From NCBI GenBank assembly GCA_022614695.1, contig JAKEIC010000077.1, positions 1 through 57,437 on the forward strand: DNA of 57,437 nucleotides, given 5' to 3'. Below are positions 26,666-35,479 of the stretch, piece by piece. Numbering within the stretch: position 1 is the stretch's first letter; each line of letters starts with the position of its first letter. The translations under genes were made by a program, and so were the position numbers. The notes under the pieces are model-generated. The model had not been told where the DNA came from. It saw only the letters and a list, made by a program, of their open reading frames with translations, and made no database searches. Source of the stretch: Planctomycetales bacterium. Its GTDB lineage: Bacteria > Planctomycetota > JAKEIC01.

Positions 26666-28996
26666 GTGGAGGGAGACCCCGCGACCCGGATCGGTCCCTA
26701 CGAGATCGGGGAGGAGCTCGGCCGGGGCGGGTTCGGCTCGGTCTACCGGGCGCGGGACGCCTCGACCGGCCGGGAGGTCGCGCTCAAGGTCTTGCGCGAG
26801 GATCCGGGGGACGGCGCACTCCCGGCCCGCCGGTTCCTGCGCGAGACGTCGCTCGTGCGCGAGCTCGATCACCCGGCGATCCTGAAGGTCCTCGACGCGT
26901 CCCGGGAGGACGAGAAGCCCCTCTGGGTGGCGTTCGAGCTCGTGGAGGGCGTTCCCCTCTGGAAGCTCCTGGCCGAGGAGCCCCTCGAGTGGCGCCGGGC
27001 GGCCGAGATCGCCCGCGACGTCGCCGCCGCCCTCGGACACGCCCACGCCAAGGGGATCCTGCACAGGGACGTGAAGCCGGGCAACATCCTCGTCGGCCGC
27101 AAGTGGGGTGACGAGGATGTTGCGGACGGGGCCCCCGGGAACGCGCGAAGCGCGTTCCTCACCGACTTCGGCCTCGCCCGCGTCACTGACACGCGGTCGC
27201 GCCTCACGGTGACGGGGATGGCGATCGGGACGCCGGAGTACATGTCGCCCGAGCAGGCGCGCGGAGAGACGACGTCTCTCAGCCCGGCGACCGACGTCTG
27301 GGCGGTCGGCGTGGTCCTCTACGAGATGCTCGCGGGGCGACTGCCGTTCGAGGGGGACTCCCCCGAGTCGGTGATCGAGAAGGTCGTCCTGCGGGAGCCG
27401 GTGGGCCTCCGGAAGCTCCGGTCCGGCGTGCCGGCGGGGCTCGACCGCGTCGTGCGCGCCTGTCTCGCGAAGCGGCGGGAGTCGCGCTACCCGGACGGGA
27501 CGGCTCTCCAGGAGGACTTGGACCGGGTGCTCCGGGGTGAGAACGCACGCGCCTCGCCGCCCCACCGATGGCGAGGCCCCGCGATCGCGGCGGGGATGGC
27601 GGCGCTCCTCGCCGGCGCGGTCGCCCTGCGTCCCGGCTCCCCGCGCTCGGCGTCGGCGCCCGCCGAGGCCCGGTCCGCCCCGTCCGCCGCGGAGGCCCTG
27701 GCGGGGAGGGCGGCCCGGCTCAGGGGCTCCGACCCCGTCGAAGCCGCCCGGCTCCTCCAGCAGGCGTTGGCGGAGGATCTCGGTCACCCCGACGCCGACC
27801 GCTGGCGGCTGGAACGCGGCCTCCTCCTCTGGTCGGTCGGGTACGGGGACGAGGCGCAAGGGGAGTGGCTGCGGATCGCCCCCGGCTCGCCGCTCGCGCC
27901 GCCCGCGCGGCTCTACCGCGGTCTCGAGGCGATCCTGCGGATCCGCTCGAGCGCGGAGCGGCGCCAGGCGGGGACCGCCGAGCTGGAGGCCGCGGCTTCC
28001 GGCGAGGGCCGCGAGGGGAGACTCGCGCGCGGGACGCTGGCCGCGTTCGGCCACCGTTGGGACGAGGCGCGGCGTGCCCTGCGCGACGAGACCGGATGGG
28101 AGGCCGCCCTGCTCCGAGGCTACGTCGAGGGACTCGATCCGGCCGGCGACCGCGCGGCCGTCGTTCGGGAGCTCGGGGAGGCCCTCGCGGCCGGGCTCCC
28201 CTTCTCGTGGGCCCACAACAACCGGGGCGCCGCGCTCCTCGAGCTCGGGGACGCGCCGGGCGCGCTCGCGGAATTCGACGCGGCCCTCCGGCTCCGGCCC
28301 GACGATCCCGGGGCGCTCCTCAACCGGGGCATCGCGCGCCTCGGGGCCGGAGATCCGCGCGGGGCCCGCGACGACCTGACGACTCTGCTGCGGGACTCGC
28401 CGGGCGACTCCGCCGCCTCCCACCAGCGAGGCATCGCCCGGATGAGGCTCGGCGACACGGTCGGGGCCCTCGCGGACTTCACCGCGTCGCTCGAGGGCCG
28501 GCCGCGGGACCCGGACACGCGGTACAACCGGGGGAACGCCCACGTGGCCCTGGGGGACCTGGCGGCGGCCGAGAGGGACTACACGATCGCGATCGAGGCG
28601 CGACCTGACTTCCACGGGGCGCTCACGAACCGCGGGAACGTCCGCTGGAACCAGGGGAACGAGTCGGGAGCCCTCGAGGACTACGACGCCGCGCTCCGGA
28701 TCGCGCCGGGTGAGTCACGGGCGCTCAACAACCGGGGGAGGCTGCACCTCCGGCACGGCCGTCTCGAGGCCGCCGACGCGGACTTGCGAGCCGCTCGCAA
28801 GTCGGACCCGTCGTTCCCCGATCCGCTCTACAACCTCGGGATCGTCCACCAGAAGCGGCGAGAGTGGGAGGAGGCCATCCAGCTCTTCTCGGAGTTCCTT
28901 CGCATGGCTCCGACCCATGCCGCCGCCGAGGAGGCCCGCCTCCGGCGGACCGGCTGCGAGCAGGGCGCGCAGGAGGAATCCGGGCGCCCGCGCTGA
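26666..28996 (+). CDS. K4: full-length receptor Ser/Thr kinase - TM - juxtamembrane module - TPR array
   Basis: GTG 26666 lies 11 nt after the K3 stop. The sequence reads VEGDPATRIGPYEIGEELGRGGFGSVYRARD, VALKVL, HRDVKPGNILVGRKWGDEDVADGAPGNARSAFLTDFGLAR, GTPEYMSPEQ. The TM helix is GPAIAAGMAALLAGAVAL, followed by TPRs. The track ORF start at 25037 overlaps K3 out of frame. Confidence 0.85.
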   Translation: MEGDPATRIGPYEIGEELGRGGFGSVYRARDASTGREVALKVLREDPGDGALPARRFLRETSLVRELDHPAILKVLDASREDEKPLWVAFELVEGVPLWKLLAEEPLEWRRAAEIARDVAAALGHAHAKGILHRDVKPGNILVGRKWGDEDVADGAPGNARSAFLTDFGLARVTDTRSRLTVTGMAIGTPEYMSPEQARGETTSLSPATDVWAVGVVLYEMLAGRLPFEGDSPESVIEKVVLREPVGLRKLRSGVPAGLDRVVRACLAKRRESRYPDGTALQEDLDRVLRGENARASPPHRWRGPAIAAGMAALLAGAVALRPGSPRSASAPAEARSAPSAAEALAGRAARLRGSDPVEAARLLQQALAEDLGHPDADRWRLERGLLLWSVGYGDEAQGEWLRIAPGSPLAPPARLYRGLEAILRIRSSAERRQAGTAELEAAASGEGREGRLARGTLAAFGHRWDEARRALRDETGWEAALLRGYVEGLDPAGDRAAVVRELGEALAAGLPFSWAHNNRGAALLELGDAPGALAEFDAALRLRPDDPGALLNRGIARLGAGDPRGARDDLTTLLRDSPGDSAASHQRGIARMRLGDTVGALADFTASLEGRPRDPDTRYNRGNAHVALGDLAAAERDYTIAIEARPDFHGALTNRGNVRWNQGNESGALEDYDAALRIAPGESRALNNRGRLHLRHGRLEAADADLRAARKSDPSFPDPLYNLGIVHQKRREWEEAIQLFSEFLRMAPTHAAAEEARLRRTGCEQGAQEESGRPR
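27080..27159. repeat. Double-hairpin module in K4 (copy 2 of 3)
   Basis: Hairpin 1 is GCAACATCCTCGTC (27081-27094) paired with GACGAGGATGTTGC (27110-27123), a 14-bp stem. Hairpin 2 is GGAACGCGC-GAA-GCGCGTTCC (27138-27158). I count 6 differences from the 80-nt K6 copy. Confidence 0.9.
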
Positions 28997-29006
28997 GGGG
29001 TATCTC

Positions 29007-30863
29007 GTGAACTGCTCCCTCACCGACTTCGGCCTCGCGAAGTTCGCGGCGACCGGCTCCCGGCTCACGCGCACCGGCCAGGCGCTCGGGACCCCCGCCT
29101 ACATGTCGCCCGAGCAGGCGCGCGGCGAGCTCCTCGCCCTCTCGCCCGCGACGGACGTCTGGTCGCTCGGGTGCGTCCTCTACGAGATGCTCGCGGGCCG
29201 CCCCCCCTTTGAGGGAGGGACGCCGGCCGAGACCGTCGGGAAGGTCCTCTTCTCGGAACCCCCGGCGCTCCGGCGACTCCGCCCGGACGTCCCCGCGAGC
29301 CTGGAGCGGATCGTGCGGGTGGCGCTCGCGAAGGGCGTCCGGGCGCGGTATCCCGATGCCGCGGCGTTCCGCGACGACCTCGATCGCGTGACGCGAGGCG
29401 AGAGCCCGCGAGCGCGGCCGCCCGGCCCGCGACGCCTTGGGACCACACTCGCGCTGGGGGCCGCCGCCGCCGCCGGGGCTATCGGCCTCTCGTGGCACTT
29501 CCGCCCGCCGGAGGCGCCTCCGCCGCCCGCCGCCCCGCCGGCGAGGTCCCGGGCGGAGGCGCTCGCGGACCGTGCCCGCGGGCTCCGGACCTCCGACCCT
29601 CGGGAGGCGGCCCGCCTTCTCGGGGAAGCGCTCCGGGAGGACCCCGGCCGCGCGGGGTGGCGGCTCGAGCGGGGGCTCCTCCTCTGGGCGCTCGGCGAGA
29701 GCCGCGTGGCTCGCGAGGAGTGGGGCCGGGTGTGCGAAGTCCCCGGCGGCTGCCCGGAGTCCGAGAGGGCCCATCTCTACCGCGCGCTCGAGGTGGTCTT
29801 CGACATGGACCTCGGGGCGCGGAGGATCGAGGAGGCGCTGCCCGACATCGAGGCGGTCCTCGCCGCCGACGGATCGTGCGCGGGGCTCGCGAGGGGGGCC
29901 ATCGCGGCCGTCTGGGGGCACGGGCCGGAGGCGCTCGAGGAGCTCCGGGAGCAGCGAGGCTGGGAGGCGGCGCTGCTGCGGGGCTACGTCGAGGGGGACG
30001 CCGAACGTCATCCCGGAGGCGACCCGGCCCGCGCGGTGCGGGAGTTCACCGAGGCGCTCGCGGCCGGCCTTCCCTTCGCGTGGGCCTACCTCGACCGAGG
30101 CGTCTCGCGCCACCGGCTGGGCGACTTCCCGGGCGCGATCCGGGACTGCGACGCGGCCCTGCGGGTGCGCCCGGCGTGGCACGTGGCCCTGGCCAACCGG
30201 GGCGCGGCGCGCCTCTCCCTCGGGGACACCCCGCGGGCCCTCGAGGACGTGGAGGCCGCGCTGCGACTCCGGCCGGACTACCCGGATGGCCTCCTCGGCC
30301 GCGCGAGCGTCCGCGCGGCGCTGGGGGACCTCCCCGGCGCGCTGGAGGACGCGGAGGCCTCCCTGCGTCTCCAGCCCCAGTCCGCCCTGGGCCTGACGCA
30401 CCGGGGCGAGCTCCGCGGGCGGCTCGGCGACGCGCGGGGCGCCCGCGAGGACCTGGACTCCGCCCTCCGGCTCCGCCCCGAGATGCCCGAGGCGCTCGCC
30501 TTCCGGGGCAAGCTGCGGGGGGAGCTCGGCGACTTCTCCGGGGCCCTCGACGATCTCGACGCCGCGATCCGGCTCCGGCCCGGGGTGCCGAACTTCCACG
30601 TGGTCCGGGCGGCCGCGCGCGAGTCGCTGGGCCGGCTGGAGGAGGCGGTGCTCGACTGCGACGCGGCCGTCCGGCTCAAGCCCGACTACGTCGAGGCGCT
30701 CGCGCAGCGCGCGCGGGCGCGGATCAGCCTCGGAAACCCGGAGGGGGCCCTCGCCGACTGCGGGGAGGCCCTGCGGCTCCGTCCGGGATACGCGCCGGCC
30801 CTTGAGTTCGAGGCGAGGGCCCGGGCCGAGCTGGCGGAACGGGGCCCCCGAGGCGGGCGGTAG
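29007..30863 (+). CDS. K5: N-lobe-less paralogue - TM - juxtamembrane module - TPR array
   Basis: GTG 29007 lies 10 nt after the K4 stop. It begins VNCSLTDFGLAKFAATGSRLTRTGQALGTPAYMSPEQARGE. The TM helix is LGTTLALGAAAAAGAIGLSW, followed by about six TPRs. Confidence 0.7.
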   Translation: MNCSLTDFGLAKFAATGSRLTRTGQALGTPAYMSPEQARGELLALSPATDVWSLGCVLYEMLAGRPPFEGGTPAETVGKVLFSEPPALRRLRPDVPASLERIVRVALAKGVRARYPDAAAFRDDLDRVTRGESPRARPPGPRRLGTTLALGAAAAAGAIGLSWHFRPPEAPPPPAAPPARSRAEALADRARGLRTSDPREAARLLGEALREDPGRAGWRLERGLLLWALGESRVAREEWGRVCEVPGGCPESERAHLYRALEVVFDMDLGARRIEEALPDIEAVLAADGSCAGLARGAIAAVWGHGPEALEELREQRGWEAALLRGYVEGDAERHPGGDPARAVREFTEALAAGLPFAWAYLDRGVSRHRLGDFPGAIRDCDAALRVRPAWHVALANRGAARLSLGDTPRALEDVEAALRLRPDYPDGLLGRASVRAALGDLPGALEDAEASLRLQPQSALGLTHRGELRGRLGDARGAREDLDSALRLRPEMPEALAFRGKLRGELGDFSGALDDLDAAIRLRPGVPNFHVVRAAARESLGRLEEAVLDCDAAVRLKPDYVEALAQRARARISLGNPEGALADCGEALRLRPGYAPALEFEARARAELAERGPRGGR

Positions 30864-30869
30864 GGCGAC

Positions 30870-31745
30870 CTACCTCCCGTAGATCACCCAGGCGCAGAGG
30901 CCGATCCACAGGAGGACGCTCCCGAGGAGCGTCGGATCCCGGAGCAGCGTCCGGCCGGGGGTCTCCCCGGCGCCCCGCCGGAAGCCGAGCCAGGCGTACC
31001 TTCCGATCCCTGCGGCGACGGGGAGGACGGTCCACCCGAGCGCGCGGGTCCCGAACCGGGCGACCGTGTCGGGGGCGACCGTGTAGAACGCGTACGCCGC
31101 GAGAGCGGCGGCCCCCGTCGCCGCGACGGCTGCGTCGAGGAGCCTCCGCGGGTAGAGGGCCAGCACCGCCCGGGCCTCCGCCCCGAGGGCCCGCTGCTCG
31201 GCCCGGCGCTTGGCCGTCGCGAGGAACAACGCGAGAAGGGTGCCGCACAGCACGATCCAGCGCGACGGCTCGCAGGGGACGGCCGCCGCGCCGGCCAGGA
31301 TCCGGAGGAGGAACCCCCCGGCGACGGCGGCCACGTCCAGGACCGGGATGCGCCTGAGGACGAGCGTGTAGGCGGCCGAGAGCGCGAGATAGCCCGCGCC
31401 GAAGGCGGCCACCGCCCATCCGGGGCCGAGGGCCAGGGCCAGTCCGGCGAGGACGAGCGCGCAGGAGGCGAAGACCGCCGCGCCTACCGGCAGGTCGCCG
31501 GAGGCCACGGGCCGGACGCGGCGCGCCGGGTGCCGGCGATCCTCCGCGGCGTCCCGCACGTCGTTCGCCAGGTAGACGCCCGCGGCGAGGAGCGAGAACG
31601 CGGCGGCCGCCGCCAGCGACCGGCCGGCGGCGCCGGCGTCCCCCAAGGACCGGGAAAAAAGTACTGGCATGAGGACGGCGGCATTCTTGACAAGGTCTCC
31701 CGGTCGGGTTCCCCGGACGGTCGCAAGCGCCATGCCCCAAGGCAT
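30870..31745 (-). CDS. UbiA-family prenyltransferase, decaprenyl-phosphate phosphoribosyltransferase-like
   Basis: It has LVKNAAVLMPVLFS and YLANDVRDAAEDRRHPARRVRPVASG (an NDxxDxxxD-type motif followed by RP[IV]ASG) and is polytopic and hydrophobic throughout. Confidence 0.75.
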   Translation of the reverse strand: MPWGMALATVRGTRPGDLVKNAAVLMPVLFSRSLGDAGAAGRSLAAAAAFSLLAAGVYLANDVRDAAEDRRHPARRVRPVASGDLPVGAAVFASCALVLAGLALALGPGWAVAAFGAGYLALSAAYTLVLRRIPVLDVAAVAGGFLLRILAGAAAVPCEPSRWIVLCGTLLALFLATAKRRAEQRALGAEARAVLALYPRRLLDAAVAATGAAALAAYAFYTVAPDTVARFGTRALGWTVLPVAAGIGRYAWLGFRRGAGETPGRTLLRDPTLLGSVLLWIGLCAWVIYGR

Positions 31746-31889
31746 ATGCTTTATACTTTACAAAATGTCTTCGATGTTGAGAATATGGGGATTATGACTC
31801 AAGTGAGTGGTCCCTGGGCCCGATAACCACGTGTGGGCCACGACCGTTCCGGGGCGCGCGGGGCGGTTGCGGGGGTCACTCTCCGACTC

Positions 31890-31898
31890 TGGTATACT
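31890..31898 (+). promoter_or_regulatory. Extended -10 element (TGgTATACT) in the AT-richer divergent intergenic region
   Basis: tggtatact at 31890-31898, about 37 nt upstream of ATG 31935, with the G-rich SD-like ggggggagga in between. The region 31746-31830 is the most AT-rich stretch of the window and probably also holds the promoter of the divergent UbiA gene. Confidence 0.3.
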
Positions 31899-31934
31899 GC
31901 TTGCGGTAGCCAGGGGGGAGGATCGGGGAGAGTG

Positions 31935-32183
31935 ATGGCGGAACCTCGCAATCGGCGGACGACGCGGACCGTGCGGAGGGGCTCGGAGAAGCCCATGCTG
32001 ACGCGCACGACCAAGAGCCAGACGCAGGAGATCCGCGTGCTGCTCGATCGCCTCAAGAAGTTCGAGCAGATCCCCCAGACTCCCTACAACCGCTCAATCC
32101 TCGAGATCGGGATCTCGACGATCCGCGAGCGGCTCCGGGACCTCTCCAGGTTCCGGCCGTTCGACCGGCCGAGCAACTCGTAG
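31935..32183 (+). CDS. Small basic hypothetical protein (82 aa)
   Basis: ATG 31935 is preceded by a purine-rich SD-like sequence. The product begins MAEPRNRRTTRTVRRGSEKP... and I recognise no family. The track ORF (start 31833) extends the N-terminus without support. Confidence 0.4.
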   Translation: MAEPRNRRTTRTVRRGSEKPMLTRTTKSQTQEIRVLLDRLKKFEQIPQTPYNRSILEIGISTIRERLRDLSRFRPFDRPSNS

Positions 32184-32191
32184 CCTGCCTG

Positions 32192-32230
32192 GGGCCTGGC
32201 ACCCGGTGCCAGGCACGTCGTGCCAGGCAC
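32192..32230. promoter_or_regulatory. Three 14-bp-phased copies of the palindrome GTGCC-W-GGCAC (candidate operator or structured leader)
   Basis: The copies are gGgcctggcac (32192-32202, 10/11), gtgccaggcac (32206-32216) and gtgccaggcac (32220-32230), centred at 32197, 32211 and 32225. They lie between the small-ORF stop and the crotonase gene. A weak TTTACT-17-TCTACT (32236-32264) follows immediately. Confidence 0.5.
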
Positions 32231-32271
32231 GCGCGTTTACTCGGGGTTGCGCACCTGTTCTACTTGAGGCC

Positions 32272-33042
32272 GTGGAGACTCTCGTCGTGTCGTCCGCGGG
32301 CCCGGTCACGACGGTCTCCCTCGCGCGGCCGGCGGTCCGGAACGCCTTCAACGAGGTCGTGATCGCGGAAGTGACCGAGGCGTTCCGCTCGGTCCCCGAG
32401 GCGGCGCGGGTCGTCCTGCTGCGCGGGGAGGGTCCCGCCTTCTGCGCCGGCGCCGACATCGAGTGGATGCGGAAGAGCCGGGCCTACACCGAGGAGCAGA
32501 ACGCGCGGGACGCCGCCGCCATGGCGGCGATGTTCCGTGCCGTGGACGAGTGCCCGAAGCCTGTCGTCGGCCGGATCCACTCCTTCGCGCTCGGGGGCGG
32601 CACCGGCCTGGCGGCCTGCTGCGACATCGTGGTCGCCTCGGAGGACGCCCAGTTCGGCTTCACCGAGGTGCGGCTCGGGATCATGCCGAGCATCATCTCG
32701 TCGTTCGTGCTCCCGAAGATAGGCGCCTCGGCGGCGCGGCGCTACTTCCTCACGGGCGAGAGGTTCGGGGCCGAGGAGGCCCGCCGGCTGGGGCTCGTCC
32801 ACGAGGTGGCGAAGGCCGACGCCCTCGACGGGCGCGTCGAGGCGATCGTGAAGGAGCTCCTCGCGGCCGGACCGAAGGCGAGCGTCGAGGCGAAGCGTCT
32901 CATCCGGGAACTCCTCGGCCGCCCCCGCGACGAAGCGATCCCCGAGACGGTCCGGAGGATCGCGAGCCTCCGCGTGACGCCCGAGGCCCAGGAGGGGCTC
33001 GGGGCGTTCCTCGAGAAGAGGAAGCCGAACTGGTCGGCGTGA
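32272..33042 (+). CDS. Enoyl-CoA hydratase/isomerase (crotonase) family protein
   Basis: It reads VETLVVSSAGPVTTVSLARPAVRNAFN...LLRGEGPAFCAGADIEWM...FALGGGTGLAACCDI.., a crotonase oxyanion-hole pattern. I prefer GTG 32272 over the track start 32206, which lies inside the palindrome array. Confidence 0.8.
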   Translation: METLVVSSAGPVTTVSLARPAVRNAFNEVVIAEVTEAFRSVPEAARVVLLRGEGPAFCAGADIEWMRKSRAYTEEQNARDAAAMAAMFRAVDECPKPVVGRIHSFALGGGTGLAACCDIVVASEDAQFGFTEVRLGIMPSIISSFVLPKIGASAARRYFLTGERFGAEEARRLGLVHEVAKADALDGRVEAIVKELLAAGPKASVEAKRLIRELLGRPRDEAIPETVRRIASLRVTPEAQEGLGAFLEKRKPNWSA

Positions 33043-33158
33043 GCCGGCTCGTCCCTCACCGGGTTGCAACCTGGTAAGGGAACTCGCCCGCGCTAGAATG
33101 CCGCTCCCTTCGGCCGGGCGGGGGTGGCTCGGCCGGACACCCGGAGGCTCAGCGCGTC

Positions 33159-34304
33159 ATGGCCGGCGGCGGAGTCGCGATCATCGGAGCGGGGTGGGTT
33201 CCCGCGCGGGCCGCCTCGCCCGAGCAGTCGTACCGCGAGATGACCTACGAGGCGGCGGTCCGGGCCTACCGGGACGCGGGCGTCTCCCACGACGAGATCC
33301 AGGGCTTCGTCACCTGCGCCGAGGACCTCCTCGAGGGGACGAGCATCTTCGACGAGTACACGCCGGACCAGATGGGGGCCGTCCAGAAGCCCGTGCACAC
33401 GGTGACGGGGGACGGGCTGTACGGGCTGGCGGTCGCCTGGATGAAGATCCGGGGCGGCGTCATGGACCTCGTCGCCGTCCAGGCCCACAGCAAGGCGAGC
33501 AACTGCCTTGACCTCCCGAAGGTCCTCCACTACGCCCTCGACCCGGTCTTCACGCGGCCGCTCGTCCCCCACCCGTACGCCCTCGCGGCTCTCGAGTTCT
33601 CGGCCTGCGGCGCGGCCGGCGTCGCCCCCCTCGACGCGGCGGCCGCGGTGGTCGTCAAGAACCGGGGGAACGCCCTCGAGAACCCGATCGCCGCCCACGG
33701 CGCGGCTGTGCGACCCGACGAGGTGGCCGCCTCGACGAGCCCCTTCCGGCCCCTCCGCTCGCTCGATATCGCGGCGCACGCCGACGGCTCGGTCGTGCTC
33801 GTCCTCGGCGGCGAAGATCGCGCGCGGAAGTCCCGGAAGCCCGTCTGGGTCCGCGGCGTCGGCTGGTCCTCCGAGAGCCCGACGATCGAGACCCGATCTT
33901 GGGTAGAGGCCGACTACTGCCGGCAGTCGGCCGCGCTCGCCTGGAAGACCGCGGGCATCTCCGACCCGGCGCGCGGGGTGGACTTCGCCGAGGTGGACGA
34001 CTCGTTCTCGTACAAGGAGCTCCAGCACCTCGAGGCGCTCGGGCTCGGCGGCGGCCGCGCGGCCGAGCGCGCCCGGGCCGGCGCCTTCGCGCGCGGCGGG
34101 GAGTTCCCCGTGAACGCCTCCGGCGGCGCCCTCGGGATGGGGAACCTCCTCGAGGCCTCGGGCCTCTACCGCGTTGTCGAGGCCGTCCTCCAGATCCGGG
34201 GCGAGGCGGGGAAGCGCCAGCTCGCCCGAACCCGGACGGCGGTGGTCCAGTCCTGGCGCGGGGTCCCCTCGACGAGCGGCGCCGTCGCCGTGCTCGCGGC
34301 CTGA
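33159..34304 (+). CDS. Thiolase-fold (SCP-x/Ltp-like) protein, first of two
   Basis: It has VAIIGAGWVP..., DLVAVQAHSKAS and NASGGALGMGNLLEASGLYRVVEAVLQIRGEAGKRQ, a thiolase C-terminal layout. The canonical Cys nucleophile and GHP motif are not obvious (by-eye alignment). Confidence 0.7.
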   Translation: MAGGGVAIIGAGWVPARAASPEQSYREMTYEAAVRAYRDAGVSHDEIQGFVTCAEDLLEGTSIFDEYTPDQMGAVQKPVHTVTGDGLYGLAVAWMKIRGGVMDLVAVQAHSKASNCLDLPKVLHYALDPVFTRPLVPHPYALAALEFSACGAAGVAPLDAAAAVVVKNRGNALENPIAAHGAAVRPDEVAASTSPFRPLRSLDIAAHADGSVVLVLGGEDRARKSRKPVWVRGVGWSSESPTIETRSWVEADYCRQSAALAWKTAGISDPARGVDFAEVDDSFSYKELQHLEALGLGGGRAAERARAGAFARGGEFPVNASGGALGMGNLLEASGLYRVVEAVLQIRGEAGKRQLARTRTAVVQSWRGVPSTSGAVAVLAA

Positions 34305-34306
34305 CC

Positions 34307-35479
34307 ATGAGACGCGTCGCCATCGTCGGGGCCGGGATGACCAAGTTCGTGCGCCGCGCGCACGAGACGGCGAAGGAGCTCACGTTCGAGGCCTCGCGGC
34401 TCGCGCTCGAGTCGTGCGGGATGAAGCGCCAGGACCTCGGCTGCGTCGTCCACGGGACGGCCCCCGACGCCTTCGACGGCTTCCACATGAAGGGCGAGTT
34501 CCTCCTCGACGGCTCGGGGGGCTTCGGGAAGCCCTACATGCGCTGCTACGTCGGCGGAGGGACCGGGGTCTTCGCCCCCATCCACGGCTTCCTCCACGTC
34601 GCCTCGGGCCTCTTCGACACATGCCTCGTCGTGTGCGAGGAGAAGATGTCCTCGTGCCAGCCCCACCCGCAGGGGGCCTTCATCTCCATCTTCGACCACA
34701 CCACCGAGCGGCCCCTCGGCCCGAACCTCCTCTGGATCTTCGCGCTCGAGATGAACCGATACATGTCGGTCCACGGGATCAAGCTCGAGGACATCGCGCG
34801 CGTCTCGGTGAAGAACAAGGGGAACGCCCTCGACCACCCCTCGGCCCAGCTCGGCGAGAAGCTCACGGTGGAGCAGGTCCTCCAGAGCGAGATCATGGCC
34901 TGGCCGGTGCACCGGCTGATGGTCTCCCCGACCTCGGACGGCGCCGCCGCCGTGATCCTCGCGGCCGAGGGCGTCGCCGAGAAGCTCACCGACAAGCCCG
35001 TCTGGATCCAGGGAGTCGGGTGGAACCTCGACACCGCCTACTGGACGAACCGGGACCTCTACTACCCCGAGTACGTCGAGAAGGCGGCCCGGATGGCTTA
35101 CGGGATGGCCGGCATCCGCGAGCCCTCGAAGGAGATCAACTTCGCCGAGCCCTACGACCCCTTCGCCTACAAGGAGCTGCACCACATGGAGGGGCTGCTC
35201 CTCTGCGGGAAGGGCGAGGCGCCGCGGCTCACGGCCGACGGCGTCACGGCCCGCACCGGGAACCTCCCCACGTGCCCCTCGGGCGGGCTCCTCGGCGTCG
35301 GGAACCCGATCGCGGCCGCGGGCATGATGAAGGTCTGCGAGCTCTTCTGGCAGTGCCGCGGCGAGGCCGGGAAGCGCCAGATCCCCGGCCCGCCGAAGCG
35401 CGGCGTCGCGCAGGCCTGGGGCGACCTGATGCAGGTCGGGACCGTCCTCGTCGTCGGGTCGGAGAAGCCGAAGACATGA
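34307..35479 (+). CDS. Thiolase-fold (SCP-x/Ltp-like) protein, second of two
   Basis: ATG 34307 lies 2 nt after the upstream stop. The sequence reads MRRVAIVGAGMTKFVRRAHETAKELTFEAS..., CEEKMS and CPSGGLLGVGNPIAAAGMMKVCELFWQCRGEAGKRQ. Confidence 0.75.
   Translation: MRRVAIVGAGMTKFVRRAHETAKELTFEASRLALESCGMKRQDLGCVVHGTAPDAFDGFHMKGEFLLDGSGGFGKPYMRCYVGGGTGVFAPIHGFLHVASGLFDTCLVVCEEKMSSCQPHPQGAFISIFDHTTERPLGPNLLWIFALEMNRYMSVHGIKLEDIARVSVKNKGNALDHPSAQLGEKLTVEQVLQSEIMAWPVHRLMVSPTSDGAAAVILAAEGVAEKLTDKPVWIQGVGWNLDTAYWTNRDLYYPEYVEKAARMAYGMAGIREPSKEINFAEPYDPFAYKELHHMEGLLLCGKGEAPRLTADGVTARTGNLPTCPSGGLLGVGNPIAAAGMMKVCELFWQCRGEAGKRQIPGPPKRGVAQAWGDLMQVGTVLVVGSEKPKT

Noticed and set aside
32197-32212. TGGCAC within the palindrome array as a possible sigma54 -24 element.
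   Set aside because: The downstream GC (gtGC) lies 10 nt rather than the required 12 nt from the GG, and no TTGC follows. The symmetric-operator reading fits better.
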